This document shows, one piece after another, positions 41,150-55,454 of a DNA stretch of 64,000 nucleotides. Position 1 is the first letter of the stretch, and each line of letters starts with the position of its first letter. The stretch lies in contig JASGJH010000001.1 in assembly GCA_047601445.1 (NCBI GenBank), forward strand, positions 9,152,001 to 9,216,000, read 5' to 3'. Origin of the DNA: Myxococcales bacterium. GTDB lineage: Bacteria > Myxococcota_A > Polyangia > Polyangiales > DASUME01. The position numbers and the translations under genes were made by a program. The notes below the pieces were generated by a model that worked only from the letters and a program-made list of their open reading frames with translations, did no database searches and was not told the origin of the DNA.

Positions 41150-42279
41150 AATCCTTGATGCTCCGAGTCAGTCGAACCTTGGCGCGAAATTTCGTAAGCA
41201 AAACCGATTCCGAGCATCACCCCCAGCCGAGGCACCCCGGCGCGGCCGACCACCGTCTGCTGTCCGTCCCGAGCCACCACGTCGGCTTCCCGCAAGGCGT
41301 AGACCGGCGCCACCGAAATGCGCGCCGCCCAGTCCGGGGTCAGCCGGACCCCGAGCTCCAACTCTGCGGCAATTGCTGGCCAAAACAGCGAGGCGCCCAG
41401 CGGAGTGCGAAAATCGAAACCCTGGGTACGGAGGTAGCCGGGGAGAAAGCCGGCACACAGCCGAACACCGAGGCCGCCACTCGCTGGAAACTGGCGACAC
41501 AGGTCCACGACGCCGCTCAACAGCTTGGTCCGGAAGCGACCCGACGTGGCGTCGAGATCGCCGATGCGGGAGACCAGGCCGAACAATCCGAGGCGAGCTT
41601 CGAAGCCCTGGCCGAGCGGCAGCCCGAACGCCAGCCGCCCACCGCCTGCAGGGGAGGCCCCCACGTCGAAGGCCAGCAAGGCCCCGCCCATGAGATAGGG
41701 CCTACCGCGAGGGGTGGGCTTTTTCGTCGCGGTCACGAAGGAGAGCTTCGGGGATGCGGCGGACCAGGTGGGCCTGGGAGCGGGGAGGGGCGTCGGTGGA
41801 GGGGCCTCGGGAAGCGCTGCAGGTGGGGTGAGGGGCTCGGGCTGGGGCGGCGGTTCGGGGGCGGGCGCTGGTTCGAGCTCGACCTGCGGAGAGGCCGGCG
41901 TGAGCGCCGCTTTCACCATCAGGGCACCCGCGATCGCCAGGGCATCGTGTAAATCGGCGCAGCCCGAAGGGCCGGGTGAGAAACGACGTTCCGCGATGAC
42001 CTGCTCTCCGCGATGGAGCCGCAGCACGGCCGTGCGTGGATCGTGAGTGCTGCCTCGGACCTCGAGGCGCAGCGTGGCGTCGGCGGGCCAGGTCTCGAGC
42101 CAGGTCAGCAGGCGCTCGCGCAGGGTGGTCTCACTCAAGCAGGTGGCGCCCTGGTCCAACACGAGCGTGAGTCCCGAGTTTTCGTTGCTCGGTTCCTGCG
42201 CGGCGACGCGGCTCGCAGCGCACGGCGCGAACGCGAGCACGCAGAGCAGACAAAGGCGCGAAATCAGCCTGGAGCGCAT
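41146..42279 (-). CDS. exported protein: Cys-pair domain, Pro linker, probable C-terminal beta-barrel
   Basis: Signal peptide ending VAAQ; CLSETTLR...CADLHDALA; PAPEPPP linker; alternating beta pattern ending GIGFAYEI; 4-bp overlap with the sigma gene. Confidence 0.6.
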   Translation of the reverse strand: MRSRLISRLCLLCVLAFAPCAASRVAAQEPSNENSGLTLVLDQGATCLSETTLRERLLTWLETWPADATLRLEVRGSTHDPRTAVLRLHRGEQVIAERRFSPGPSGCADLHDALAIAGALMVKAALTPASPQVELEPAPAPEPPPQPEPLTPPAALPEAPPPTPLPAPRPTWSAASPKLSFVTATKKPTPRGRPYLMGGALLAFDVGASPAGGGRLAFGLPLGQGFEARLGLFGLVSRIGDLDATSGRFRTKLLSGVVDLCRQFPASGGLGVRLCAGFLPGYLRTQGFDFRTPLGASLFWPAIAAELELGVRLTPDWAARISVAPVYALREADVVARDGQQTVVGRAGVPRLGVMLGIGFAYEISRQGSTDSEHQGL

Positions 42280-42340
42280 CGATTTAGCGAGAGAGCACGG
42301 CGGACATGGCGCAAGTAGGGTGGCCAACATGGCCGAAGCC

Positions 42341-42358
42341 ATGCGATGGTGATGCCAG
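42341..42358 (-). promoter_or_regulatory. candidate sigma-54 promoter for the ECF operon
   Basis: Minus strand CTGGCATCACCATCGCAT has GG-N10-GC, about 60 bp upstream of ATG 42279. Confidence 0.3.
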
Positions 42359-42367
42359 GTTCTCTCG

Positions 42368-43066
42368 GTGCGCAAGCAATCGATTCTCAGAGCTCACAAA
42401 AGTTCTGCAGGGGCGCTCGTGCTCGGCTGCTTACTTGGCGGCTGTTGGCAGCCCTACGAGGCGACCGTGGGCATGGTGCAGGGCGCGCTCGATGCCGGCC
42501 CGCGGCCGATGGGTGACGGCGATGGCGATGGCGACGGCGATGGCGATGGCGATGGTGATCACCCCGACGATCAGGCAGGGGATGGCGATGCGGGCGCGGA
42601 CTTTGGGGATGGCGGTGCCGACGACTGCATCACGTTGATCGACCAGAGCGTGGCCCAGGGCCAAATGGTCGATGGTGGGGTGATCGCGGGCAGCAACGTG
42701 CAGCTCCTCGGCTGTCAGACGGTGGACGGCAACGACAAGAGCACGAGTTCGATCTGGTGGCGCAAGGATGGTGAGCCCCTGCTCGAGACCGGCCAGGCCT
42801 ACTCGTTTCGCTGGCCTGCCGAGATCACGCTGGTCTCGCGGGTGCGCTTGTTCGGAGGAGGCTCGCAGTGCGCGACTGAGAAGATCTACGAGAATTCCGC
42901 CGGGATCGGCATCTATTTGCCGTCTCCGGGCTGCGTGGCCTTTATCGCCGGGTTCGATACGAAGTACCTGCGGATGACGAACGAGTACGGCAACTACAGC
43001 TTTCTGACGAACTGGGTGGTGCCGATGAAGCTCTGCAAGGCGCCCTGTCCCGTGCCGAAGATGTAG
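42368..43066 (+). CDS. lipoprotein with (GD)n linker
   Basis: Lipobox LGGC, GDGDGDGDGDGDGD, Cys-containing C-terminal domain. Confidence 0.7.
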   Translation: MRKQSILRAHKSSAGALVLGCLLGGCWQPYEATVGMVQGALDAGPRPMGDGDGDGDGDGDGDGDHPDDQAGDGDAGADFGDGGADDCITLIDQSVAQGQMVDGGVIAGSNVQLLGCQTVDGNDKSTSSIWWRKDGEPLLETGQAYSFRWPAEITLVSRVRLFGGGSQCATEKIYENSAGIGIYLPSPGCVAFIAGFDTKYLRMTNEYGNYSFLTNWVVPMKLCKAPCPVPKM

Positions 43067-43084
43067 CGAACGGCGCCGTGTGCG

Positions 43085-43155
43085 GACGAGGACGGTGACG
43101 AGTACGTAGACGAGGACGCGCACGCGCACGACTACGAAGGCGAGTACGCGCACGG
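43085..43155. repeat. 6-nt periodic low-complexity tract (nACGnG)
   Basis: GACGAG GACGGT GACGAG TACGTA GACGAG GACGCG CACGCG CACGAC TACGAA just after the stop at 43066. Confidence 0.6.
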
Positions 43156-43200
43156 CGTGGACTGGGTCCGGTGGGGCTCAGGGAGGAACTCCGACCGGGC

Positions 43201-43340
43201 TTGCCGCGACGGTCGGGGAGGTCGCGTGACCTCTTTCGAGCCGGCTTGAGTGCGCATCGTGAGCGCAGCGAACTTCGCGGAGGGGTGGGCCCCGTCGCGG
43301 CTTTGCCGCGACGGTCGGGGAGGTCGCGTGACCTCCCCGA
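43201..43340. repeat. two exact 33-bp direct repeats; the second completes an 11-bp hairpin (REP-like or bidirectional terminator)
   Basis: TTGCCGCGACGGTCGGGGAGGTCGCGTGACCTC at 43201-43233 and 43303-43335; hairpin TCGGGGAGGTC-GCGT-GACCTCCCCGA at 43315-43340. Confidence 0.8.
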
Positions 43341-43343
43341 TAA

Positions 43344-44507
43344 TTAAATGGCTTCGAGTAGGCCCGCTGCGCCCTGGCCGCCACCGATGCACATGGTGAC
43401 GATGGCGTAGCGACCCTTGCGGCGACGCAGCTCGTAGAGCGCGCTGGCCACCAGCTTGGCGCCCGTGCAGCCCAGGGGATGACCGAGGGCGATGGCGCCA
43501 CCGTTGATGTTGAGCTTCTCGTCGGGGATGCCCAGCTCGCGCTTGCAGTACAGGGCCTGGCTGGCGAAGGCTTCGTTCATCTCGATGACGTCGATGTCCT
43601 TGAGGGACATGCCCGTGCGCTTGAGCAGCTTCTGCACCGCAGGCAGCGGTCCGATGCCCATGATGGCCGGATCCACGCCCACCGTGACGAAGGCGCGGAA
43701 GTAGCCGATGCCCTTCACGCCGAGCTCGTCGGCCTTGGCCTTGCTGAGCATGAGCGAGAAGGCGGCGCCGTCCGACAACGGCGAGGCGTTGCCGGGCGTG
43801 ACGCTGCCCTTGGCCGAGAAGGAAGGCTTGAGTGAAGCCAGGCCCTCGATGGTGGTCTCGGGGCGCGGCAGCTCGTCCTGCTTGAACTCGAACTCCACGC
43901 GCTTGTTGCCGTCGTAGCGGATACCGCGCACGGGCACGATCTCGTCCACGAACTTGCCGGCAGCGATGGCGGCGCCCGCCTTCTTCTGGCTGGCGAGGGC
44001 GAACGCATCCTGATCTTCACGCGAGATCTTGAAGCGGTTGGCCACGTTCTCCGCCGTGATGCCCATGGGCGTGTAGGCGGTGGGAAAGCGCTCCATCACT
44101 TCGGGCGACATGGAGAGCTTGTTGCCCGTCATGGGGACGAGCGACATGGACTCGGTGCCGCCAGCGACGGCGCAGTCGTAGGCGCCGATGGCGATTTGGC
44201 CCGCCGCCAGCGCGAGCGCCTGCAAGCCGCTCGCACAGAAGCGGTTGATGGTGATGCCGCCGCTCTCGACCGGGAGATCACCGAGCAAGCCGCACTGGCG
44301 CGCCATGTTGAGACCCTGCTCGCCTTCCGGCATCGCGCAGCCGACCACCAGGTCGTCCACGTCGCTGGGCTTCACCTGCGGCACGCGCTTCATGAGCCCG
44401 CGGATGACGTCACCCGCGAGTTCGTCCGAGCGCTTGAAGGCCAAGGAGCCCTTGAGGGCGCGCCCCACGGCCGAGCGCACTGCATCTGCAATCACTACGT
44501 CAGTCAT
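43344..44507 (-). CDS. fadA: 3-ketoacyl-CoA thiolase
   Basis: NRFCASGL, NEAFA, NGGAIALGHPLG, TMCIGGGQG. Confidence 0.93.
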   Translation of the reverse strand: MTDVVIADAVRSAVGRALKGSLAFKRSDELAGDVIRGLMKRVPQVKPSDVDDLVVGCAMPEGEQGLNMARQCGLLGDLPVESGGITINRFCASGLQALALAAGQIAIGAYDCAVAGGTESMSLVPMTGNKLSMSPEVMERFPTAYTPMGITAENVANRFKISREDQDAFALASQKKAGAAIAAGKFVDEIVPVRGIRYDGNKRVEFEFKQDELPRPETTIEGLASLKPSFSAKGSVTPGNASPLSDGAAFSLMLSKAKADELGVKGIGYFRAFVTVGVDPAIMGIGPLPAVQKLLKRTGMSLKDIDVIEMNEAFASQALYCKRELGIPDEKLNINGGAIALGHPLGCTGAKLVASALYELRRRKGRYAIVTMCIGGGQGAAGLLEAI

Positions 44508-44525
44508 GTGATGATTCTCCTGCGC

Positions 44526-46898
44526 TCAGTTCCGAAGGGGCTTGTTGTTCTGAAGCATGTACTGCATGCGCTCGAGGCTCTTCTGCTCGCCGCACAGGCT
44601 CAAGAAGGCTTCGCGCTCGAGGTCGAGGATCTCCTGCTCGGTGACCTCGTGGGTGGAACCGCCGACGCCGCCGTTGAGGACCACGCCGAGCTTGCGCGCG
44701 ATCAGCGCGTCGTGCTCGGACGCGAAGCCGCCCGCGACCAGGGTGTCGACCATCATGTTGATGGTGGCGATGCCGTTGTCGCCCGGCAGCACGTAGGCGC
44801 GCGGGGTGGGCGGGTGGTAGCCGGCCGCGGCGAGACCGATGGCGCGTGCCTTGGCCTCGGCCACGCGACGCTCCCTGTCGAAGGAGACGCCGTCGTTGCG
44901 CCGGAAGTAGCCGAACGCCTTGCCTTCCTCGGCGCTGGTCGCGACCTTGGCCATGGCGATGTTCTTGAACACCTGGGTGACGACGTCGTAGGTGTTCACG
45001 GTGACGCCCTCGGGGATGTTCTCGAGCGCGCGCCACAGCATGTTGAGGTTGCCGGCGCCGCCGGGGATGAGGCCCACGCCGACTTCGACCAAACCTGAAT
45101 AGGTTTCTGCCGCCGCCTGCACGGCGTCGGCCGCGAAGCAGACCTCGAGACCGCCGCCCAGGGTCATGCCGAAGGGCGCCGCGACCACGGGGATACGCGC
45201 GTATTTGAGGCGCTGCGTGGTGTCCTGCAGGGACTTCACGACTTCACCGATGGCAGCGAAGTTCTTCTGCATGGCCTGCATGACCACGAGCATCAGGTTC
45301 GCGCCGACGCTGAAGTGCTCGCCCTCGTTGGAGATCACCAAGCCGCGGAAGTCGTGCTCCGCCTTGGTGGCCGCCTCGTTGAGCAGACCGATCACGTCGC
45401 CGTCGATGCTGTTCATCTTGGACTTGAACGTGAAGCCCAGGATGCCGTCGCCCAGGTCCCAGGCCTCTGCGCCCAGATTCTTGAGCACCGGGGCCTCGCC
45501 GCGCTTGAGGATCTCGAAGCTCGCGTAGCGAGGATCCTTGGGGCGCGCCACGTAGTCGCCCTTGGCCAGGTCGTACACGGCGCCGTCTTCGCGGTAGAAG
45601 CCCTTGGCGCCCTTCTCGCGCATCTTCTTGATGGAGTCGGGCAGCGCCACGCCCTCCTTCAACATGCGGTCGGTGGTCTCGGCGAAGCCGAGCGCGTCCC
45701 ACACCTCGAACGGTCCGAGCTCCCAGTTGTAGCCCCACTTCATGGCGTCATCGACGGCCACCACGCTGTCGCAGATCTCGCCGATGCGACGCGCGGAGTA
45801 GGCCAGCGAGCGCGAGGTGAGCTTCCAGGCGAAGCGACCCACGGGCCCCTCGGTGGCGGCCAGCTTCTTGAGGCGCTGGCGCGGGTTCTCGATCTTGCTC
45901 AGGGCCTTGCAGGTGGCCTTGATCTCGGGGTCTCCGCCCTCGGGACGATACTCGAGCGTCTTGTAGTCGAAGGTCAGCTTGTTCTTGCCGTCCTTCTTGT
46001 AGAAGCCGCCCTTGGTCTTGTCGCCGAGCAGCTTCTTCTCGAGCATGGTGTCCACGAACGAAGGCAGCTTGAAGGCCGAGCGCTCTTCGTCGTCGACCAG
46101 GGTGTCGTAACAGTTCTTGGCCACGTGGCTGAAGGTGTCGAGGCCCACCATGTCGGCCGTGCGGAAGCTGGCGCTGCGCGGGTGGCACATCGGCGTGCCC
46201 GTGATGGCGTCGACGTCCTCCGGGGTCAGTCCTTCTTCCACCATGAGCTGGGCGGTGAGGGCCATGCCGTGCACGCCGATGCGGTTGCCGACGAAGTTGG
46301 GCGTGTCCTTGCCCACCACGATGCCCTTGCCGAGCACGTCCTCGCCGAAGCGGGTGATCAGGTCGAACGTCTTGGGGTCGGTCTCCGGACCGGCCACCAG
46401 CTCGAGCAACTTCATGTAACGCACTGGGTTGAAGAAGTGCATCACGAGGAAGTTCTTTTTGAAGTTCTCGGAGCGCCCCGCGACCATGTCGTGGATGCGC
46501 AGACCGGAGGTGTTCGAGGCCACGATGGCGTGCTTGGGCAGCACCTGCTCGAGCTTGGCGAACAGGGCCTGCTTGATGTCCAGGCGCTCGATGACGGCTT
46601 CGATCACGAGGTCACAGTTGGACAGGAGGCCGAGGTCGTCCTCGGTGTTGCCGGTGCGCACCAGGCGCGCGTTGCTCTTGTGGAAGAAAGCGGCGGGCTT
46701 GGCCTTGATCGCCTTCTCGAGGCCACCGGCGGCAAACGCGTCACGCGCGCTCTTCTTTTTCTTGTCCTCCTCCTTCAGGTTGGGAGGAACGATGTCGAGA
46801 AGCACCACTTCGAGGCCGGCGTTGGCGAAGTGCGCGGCGATGCCGCTGCCCATCACGCCCGCCCCGATCACGCCTGCGCGCCGAATCGGGATCGTCAT
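44526..46898 (-). CDS. fadN: 3-hydroxyacyl-CoA dehydrogenase/enoyl-CoA hydratase (FadN type)
   Basis: N-terminal GAGVMGSG, SNTSG, HFFNPVRYM; C-terminal crotonase FSVGANL, LGGGLE, GLVEVGVGLIPG; ends KPLRN. Confidence 0.92.
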   Translation of the reverse strand: MTIPIRRAGVIGAGVMGSGIAAHFANAGLEVVLLDIVPPNLKEEDKKKKSARDAFAAGGLEKAIKAKPAAFFHKSNARLVRTGNTEDDLGLLSNCDLVIEAVIERLDIKQALFAKLEQVLPKHAIVASNTSGLRIHDMVAGRSENFKKNFLVMHFFNPVRYMKLLELVAGPETDPKTFDLITRFGEDVLGKGIVVGKDTPNFVGNRIGVHGMALTAQLMVEEGLTPEDVDAITGTPMCHPRSASFRTADMVGLDTFSHVAKNCYDTLVDDEERSAFKLPSFVDTMLEKKLLGDKTKGGFYKKDGKNKLTFDYKTLEYRPEGGDPEIKATCKALSKIENPRQRLKKLAATEGPVGRFAWKLTSRSLAYSARRIGEICDSVVAVDDAMKWGYNWELGPFEVWDALGFAETTDRMLKEGVALPDSIKKMREKGAKGFYREDGAVYDLAKGDYVARPKDPRYASFEILKRGEAPVLKNLGAEAWDLGDGILGFTFKSKMNSIDGDVIGLLNEAATKAEHDFRGLVISNEGEHFSVGANLMLVVMQAMQKNFAAIGEVVKSLQDTTQRLKYARIPVVAAPFGMTLGGGLEVCFAADAVQAAAETYSGLVEVGVGLIPGGAGNLNMLWRALENIPEGVTVNTYDVVTQVFKNIAMAKVATSAEEGKAFGYFRRNDGVSFDRERRVAEAKARAIGLAAAGYHPPTPRAYVLPGDNGIATINMMVDTLVAGGFASEHDALIARKLGVVLNGGVGGSTHEVTEQEILDLEREAFLSLCGEQKSLERMQYMLQNNKPLRN

Positions 46899-47123
46899 TG
46901 GAATCGTCTCCGTGTCATTCGAGGATCTGCTCGCCGGCTGCCCTGGACATGGGGTTCAAGCTGAATGTTTCCAGCGGAAACATCAGGACAGCCGCTGGGC
47001 TCCTCTTATAGGCGGGGGGCAGCGCCCAGGCACGGCGAGTAGCAGGGGAATTTGAGACGGAACTGTGCTGGCTCGGGTCCCCAGGCGGGGTAGGTCGGGG
47101 GCCGACATCAGGTCCCCCAGGGG

Positions 47124-47256
47124 CTCTGTGCTCCGGCTCGTACGCGTGCCCGTGCCCGTGCCCGATCTTTCTGAAGTTCAGACGTGGGATCGTTTACGGG
47201 CACGGGCACGCGTACGAGCCGGAGCACAGAGGGCGAGGGCACGGGCACGCGTACGA
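47124..47256. repeat. perfect 36-bp inverted repeat with 36-nt loop plus a third partial copy
   Basis: Arm 47124-47159 CTCTGTGCTCCGGCTCGTACGCGTGCCCGTGCCCGT is the exact reverse complement of 47196-47231; GGGCACGGGCACGCGTACGA recurs at 47237-47256. Confidence 0.85.
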
Positions 47257-47280
47257 CCCAGAGCAGAAGGGCCACCTTCT

Positions 47281-49425
47281 TCACTCGTGGGCCAATCGGG
47301 AAACAATCGTTTTCAACCGCTGGAGATCTACTGGTTTGGGCAGGTGACGTTGGAAACCTGCCTTGAGCGCCCGGTTCACGTCTTCGCCGCGGGCGTAGGC
47401 CGTGAGGGCGATGGCCCGGGTGGCGCCGCCCTGGTTCGCCGGCAACGCGCGGACCTGGCGGATCAGCTGGTAGCCGTCGGCCTCGGGCATGGCGATGTCG
47501 CTGATGAGCACGTTGGGCCGGAACCGCCGCACCTCCTTGAGCGCTTCGGATACCGACTCCGCCGTGCGCACCTCCGCGCCCGTGTCCGCGAGGAGCTCGG
47601 AGACGAGGCAGCGCGAGTCGTTCTCGTCGTCCACCACCAAGATCCGCACATGCTCGAGTCGCGGCTCCTCTTCGTCCTCCACCACCGACTCTGCGGTTGC
47701 CTCCGCCTTCCGGACATCCTCGAGAACGGCCGGCAGCTCGAGGGTGAAGGTCGAGCCTTGGTCGACGCCTGGACTGCTGGCGAGCAGCTTGCCCGCGTGG
47801 GCCTCGGCGAGCTGTCGCGCGATGGTGAGCCCCAGCCCCAGCCCGCCGTGCCGACGGGTGGAAGTGCCGTCCTCCTGTTGGAAGGGCGTGAACACATTCG
47901 GCAAGAAATCCTCGGCGATGCCTTGCCCGGTGTCCTTGACCGAGATGCGCACCTTGCCGTGCTCGCGCGTGGTGGTGAGCCTGACGCGCCCACCCTTGGG
48001 CGTGAACTTGATCGCGTTGGTGAGTAGGTTCCAGACGATTTGTTGGATTCGGTCGGGGTCGCCGTGCACCCGAAGCTGCTCGTCGATCTCCGAGTTCAGC
48101 TCCACGCCCTTGGTCTCCGCCGAGGGCCGCACCGCCTCCAGGGCGCCATTTATGGGATCCTTCACCGCGAGCAGATGCAGCTCCAGCCTGAGCTTGCCGT
48201 TGATGATGCGCGACAGGTCGAGCATGTCGTCGACCATGCGTGCCTGGGCCTCGGCGTTGCGCGCCACGATCTCGAGCGGACGCTGCAGCTCGGGCGGTGC
48301 CTTGCTGCGCGCGCGGGCGGTCCAGCCGAGTACGGCGTTGAGCGGAGTGCGTAGCTCGTGGGACAGCGTGGCCAGGAACTCGTCCTTGGCACGGCTCGCC
48401 AGCTCCGCCTGATGACGCGCCATCTGCTCGCGCCGCAGCAGGTCGTTGCGCTCGGCTTGCAGGCGGGAGCGCTCCGCGTGTTTGGCCACCGCCCAGGCGG
48501 CCCGCTCCGCCACGGTGCCGAACAGGGCGCGCTCGCGCTCGCTGAGCGGATCGTCCTCGCTCGAACCGGCGTAGGCCACCCCCAGTAGCTCGTCTCCGTG
48601 CACCAGCGGTACGCCCAGCAGCTCGTGCGAGCCGCTCCTCGGAGCTGCGTGCGAGGTGGTCTCCTGCCGGCGCTCGCGTGATTCCAGGCTGTTCAAGCCC
48701 AAAAGGACCGGCTCGCGCCGACGGGCCACCTCCTCGCACAGCTCGAGGCTCCCCACCTTGCTGCTGACTGCGACGCGCGTGGGGACGCCGCGCACGGCGT
48801 TGCTCACCACGTGCATGTCGCCGCCCTTGCCCAGGGCGATGCTCGCGAAATTCGCCGAGTCCGCGCCATCCAGGAAGATTTGCAGGAGCTCGTCCAGGAG
48901 CAGCTTGAGATCGTTGGACTCGAGGGCCGCGCTGGCGATGCGTTCGAAGGTGGCCACGCGGCGCAGAGCTTCGTCACGCTCGTTGGTGCGGGCAGCCACC
49001 TGGATGCGGCGCACCTCCTCGCGTTGCTGGAACAGCTCCACGAAAGCGCGCACTCGCGCGCGCAGCACCTGGATGTCGAAGGGCTTGGTCACGTAGTCCG
49101 CCGCGCCGATGGCGTAGCCCTTGCGCATGAAGGCTTCGTCGCGATGGATGGCGGTGACGAAGATCAGCGGCAGCTCCTTGCCGTTGGGCAGCTCGCGCAT
49201 GCGCTCGGCGATGGCGAAGCCGTCCATACCAGGCATCTGCACGTCGAGCAGGACCACCGCGAAGCTCTCCTCGCGCACCCGCGCCAGTGCTTCCGGGCCC
49301 GAGGAGGCCTCCACGATGCGTACGCCGAGCGGGCTCAGCACGGCCGAGAGTGCCACCAGGTTGGCGCCGGTGTCGTCCACGATGAGGACACTCGCTCGAT
49401 TCGGTGCTTGCCCTGCGCTGGCCAT
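47281..49425 (-). CDS. hybrid histidine kinase REC-GAF-HisKA-HATPase-REC
   Basis: VVLLDVQMP; GAF-like LLGVPL; FLATLSHELRTPLN; NLLTNAIKFT, DTGQGI, GGLGLGL; VLISDIAMP. AGGAGG RBS before ATG 49425. Confidence 0.92.
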   Translation of the reverse strand: MASAGQAPNRASVLIVDDTGANLVALSAVLSPLGVRIVEASSGPEALARVREESFAVVLLDVQMPGMDGFAIAERMRELPNGKELPLIFVTAIHRDEAFMRKGYAIGAADYVTKPFDIQVLRARVRAFVELFQQREEVRRIQVAARTNERDEALRRVATFERIASAALESNDLKLLLDELLQIFLDGADSANFASIALGKGGDMHVVSNAVRGVPTRVAVSSKVGSLELCEEVARRREPVLLGLNSLESRERRQETTSHAAPRSGSHELLGVPLVHGDELLGVAYAGSSEDDPLSERERALFGTVAERAAWAVAKHAERSRLQAERNDLLRREQMARHQAELASRAKDEFLATLSHELRTPLNAVLGWTARARSKAPPELQRPLEIVARNAEAQARMVDDMLDLSRIINGKLRLELHLLAVKDPINGALEAVRPSAETKGVELNSEIDEQLRVHGDPDRIQQIVWNLLTNAIKFTPKGGRVRLTTTREHGKVRISVKDTGQGIAEDFLPNVFTPFQQEDGTSTRRHGGLGLGLTIARQLAEAHAGKLLASSPGVDQGSTFTLELPAVLEDVRKAEATAESVVEDEEEPRLEHVRILVVDDENDSRCLVSELLADTGAEVRTAESVSEALKEVRRFRPNVLISDIAMPEADGYQLIRQVRALPANQGGATRAIALTAYARGEDVNRALKAGFQRHLPKPVDLQRLKTIVSRLAHE

Positions 49426-49435
49426 GGTGGTCCTC

Positions 49436-54868
<5,433 letters not shown>

Positions 54869-54871
54869 GGG

Positions 54872-55246
54872 TCACTCCTCGAGTTCCTCGATGGCGGTCT
54901 CGAGCGTCTCGGGCAGCAAGGGTTTCACGAAGAAGCGATCGAATCCGGCCTGTCTTGCGTGTTCGCGGTCGCTCGCGTCGTCGAAGCCGGTCACGGCGAA
55001 CAGGAGCGGTGTCTTGCGGCTGGGTTCACGCCGTTGCAGGCGGCGTGCGAGCTCCAGACCGTCTATACCCGGGACCCCCAGGTCGAGGATCGCGAGCTCG
55101 GCGTCGAAGTCGTTCGCAATATCGAGGGCAGTGACGCCGTCGTGGGCCATGCGTACGGTATGGCCTCGGTCCGTGAGCGCCTCCGACAGGAGCAGCGCCA
55201 GGTCCTCGTTGTCCTCGACCAGCAATATTCGTTTCGCGTGTGCCAT
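54872..55246 (-). CDS. single-domain response regulator (CheY-like)
   Basis: ILLVEDNED, AILDLGVPGIDG, AVTG, AGFDRFFVKP. Confidence 0.9.
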   Translation of the reverse strand: MAHAKRILLVEDNEDLALLLSEALTDRGHTVRMAHDGVTALDIANDFDAELAILDLGVPGIDGLELARRLQRREPSRKTPLLFAVTGFDDASDREHARQAGFDRFFVKPLLPETLETAIEELEE

Positions 55247-55454
55247 GCTCTCGCGCCGCGGGAGGGAAGGGCATGTCTGCGTACGGCATGCGGGGCCCGC
55301 TGGCAGGCAACGTAGGCACGTGCGGCGTCCAGTCAGGGGCTCGAACGAGGTGTTGTCGAACCTGAAAAACGCTCTGGAACGCTGGCGCACACCTGCGCCA
55401 TAGTTCTCGTCTCGTGGCGCGGACGCCATTCGAGATTGGGGATGGGCTGAGCCG

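Noticed and set aside
43201..43335. 33-bp direct repeats as a mini CRISPR array
   Set aside because: Only two copies, the 69-nt spacer itself resembles another intergenic repeat, and there is no AT-rich leader or cas gene.
47065..48027. ORFs with RARARA/VPVPVP runs (also 42431-43153, 58195-58581)
   Set aside because: Translations of the intergenic hexamer repeats and antisense shadows, not credible proteins.
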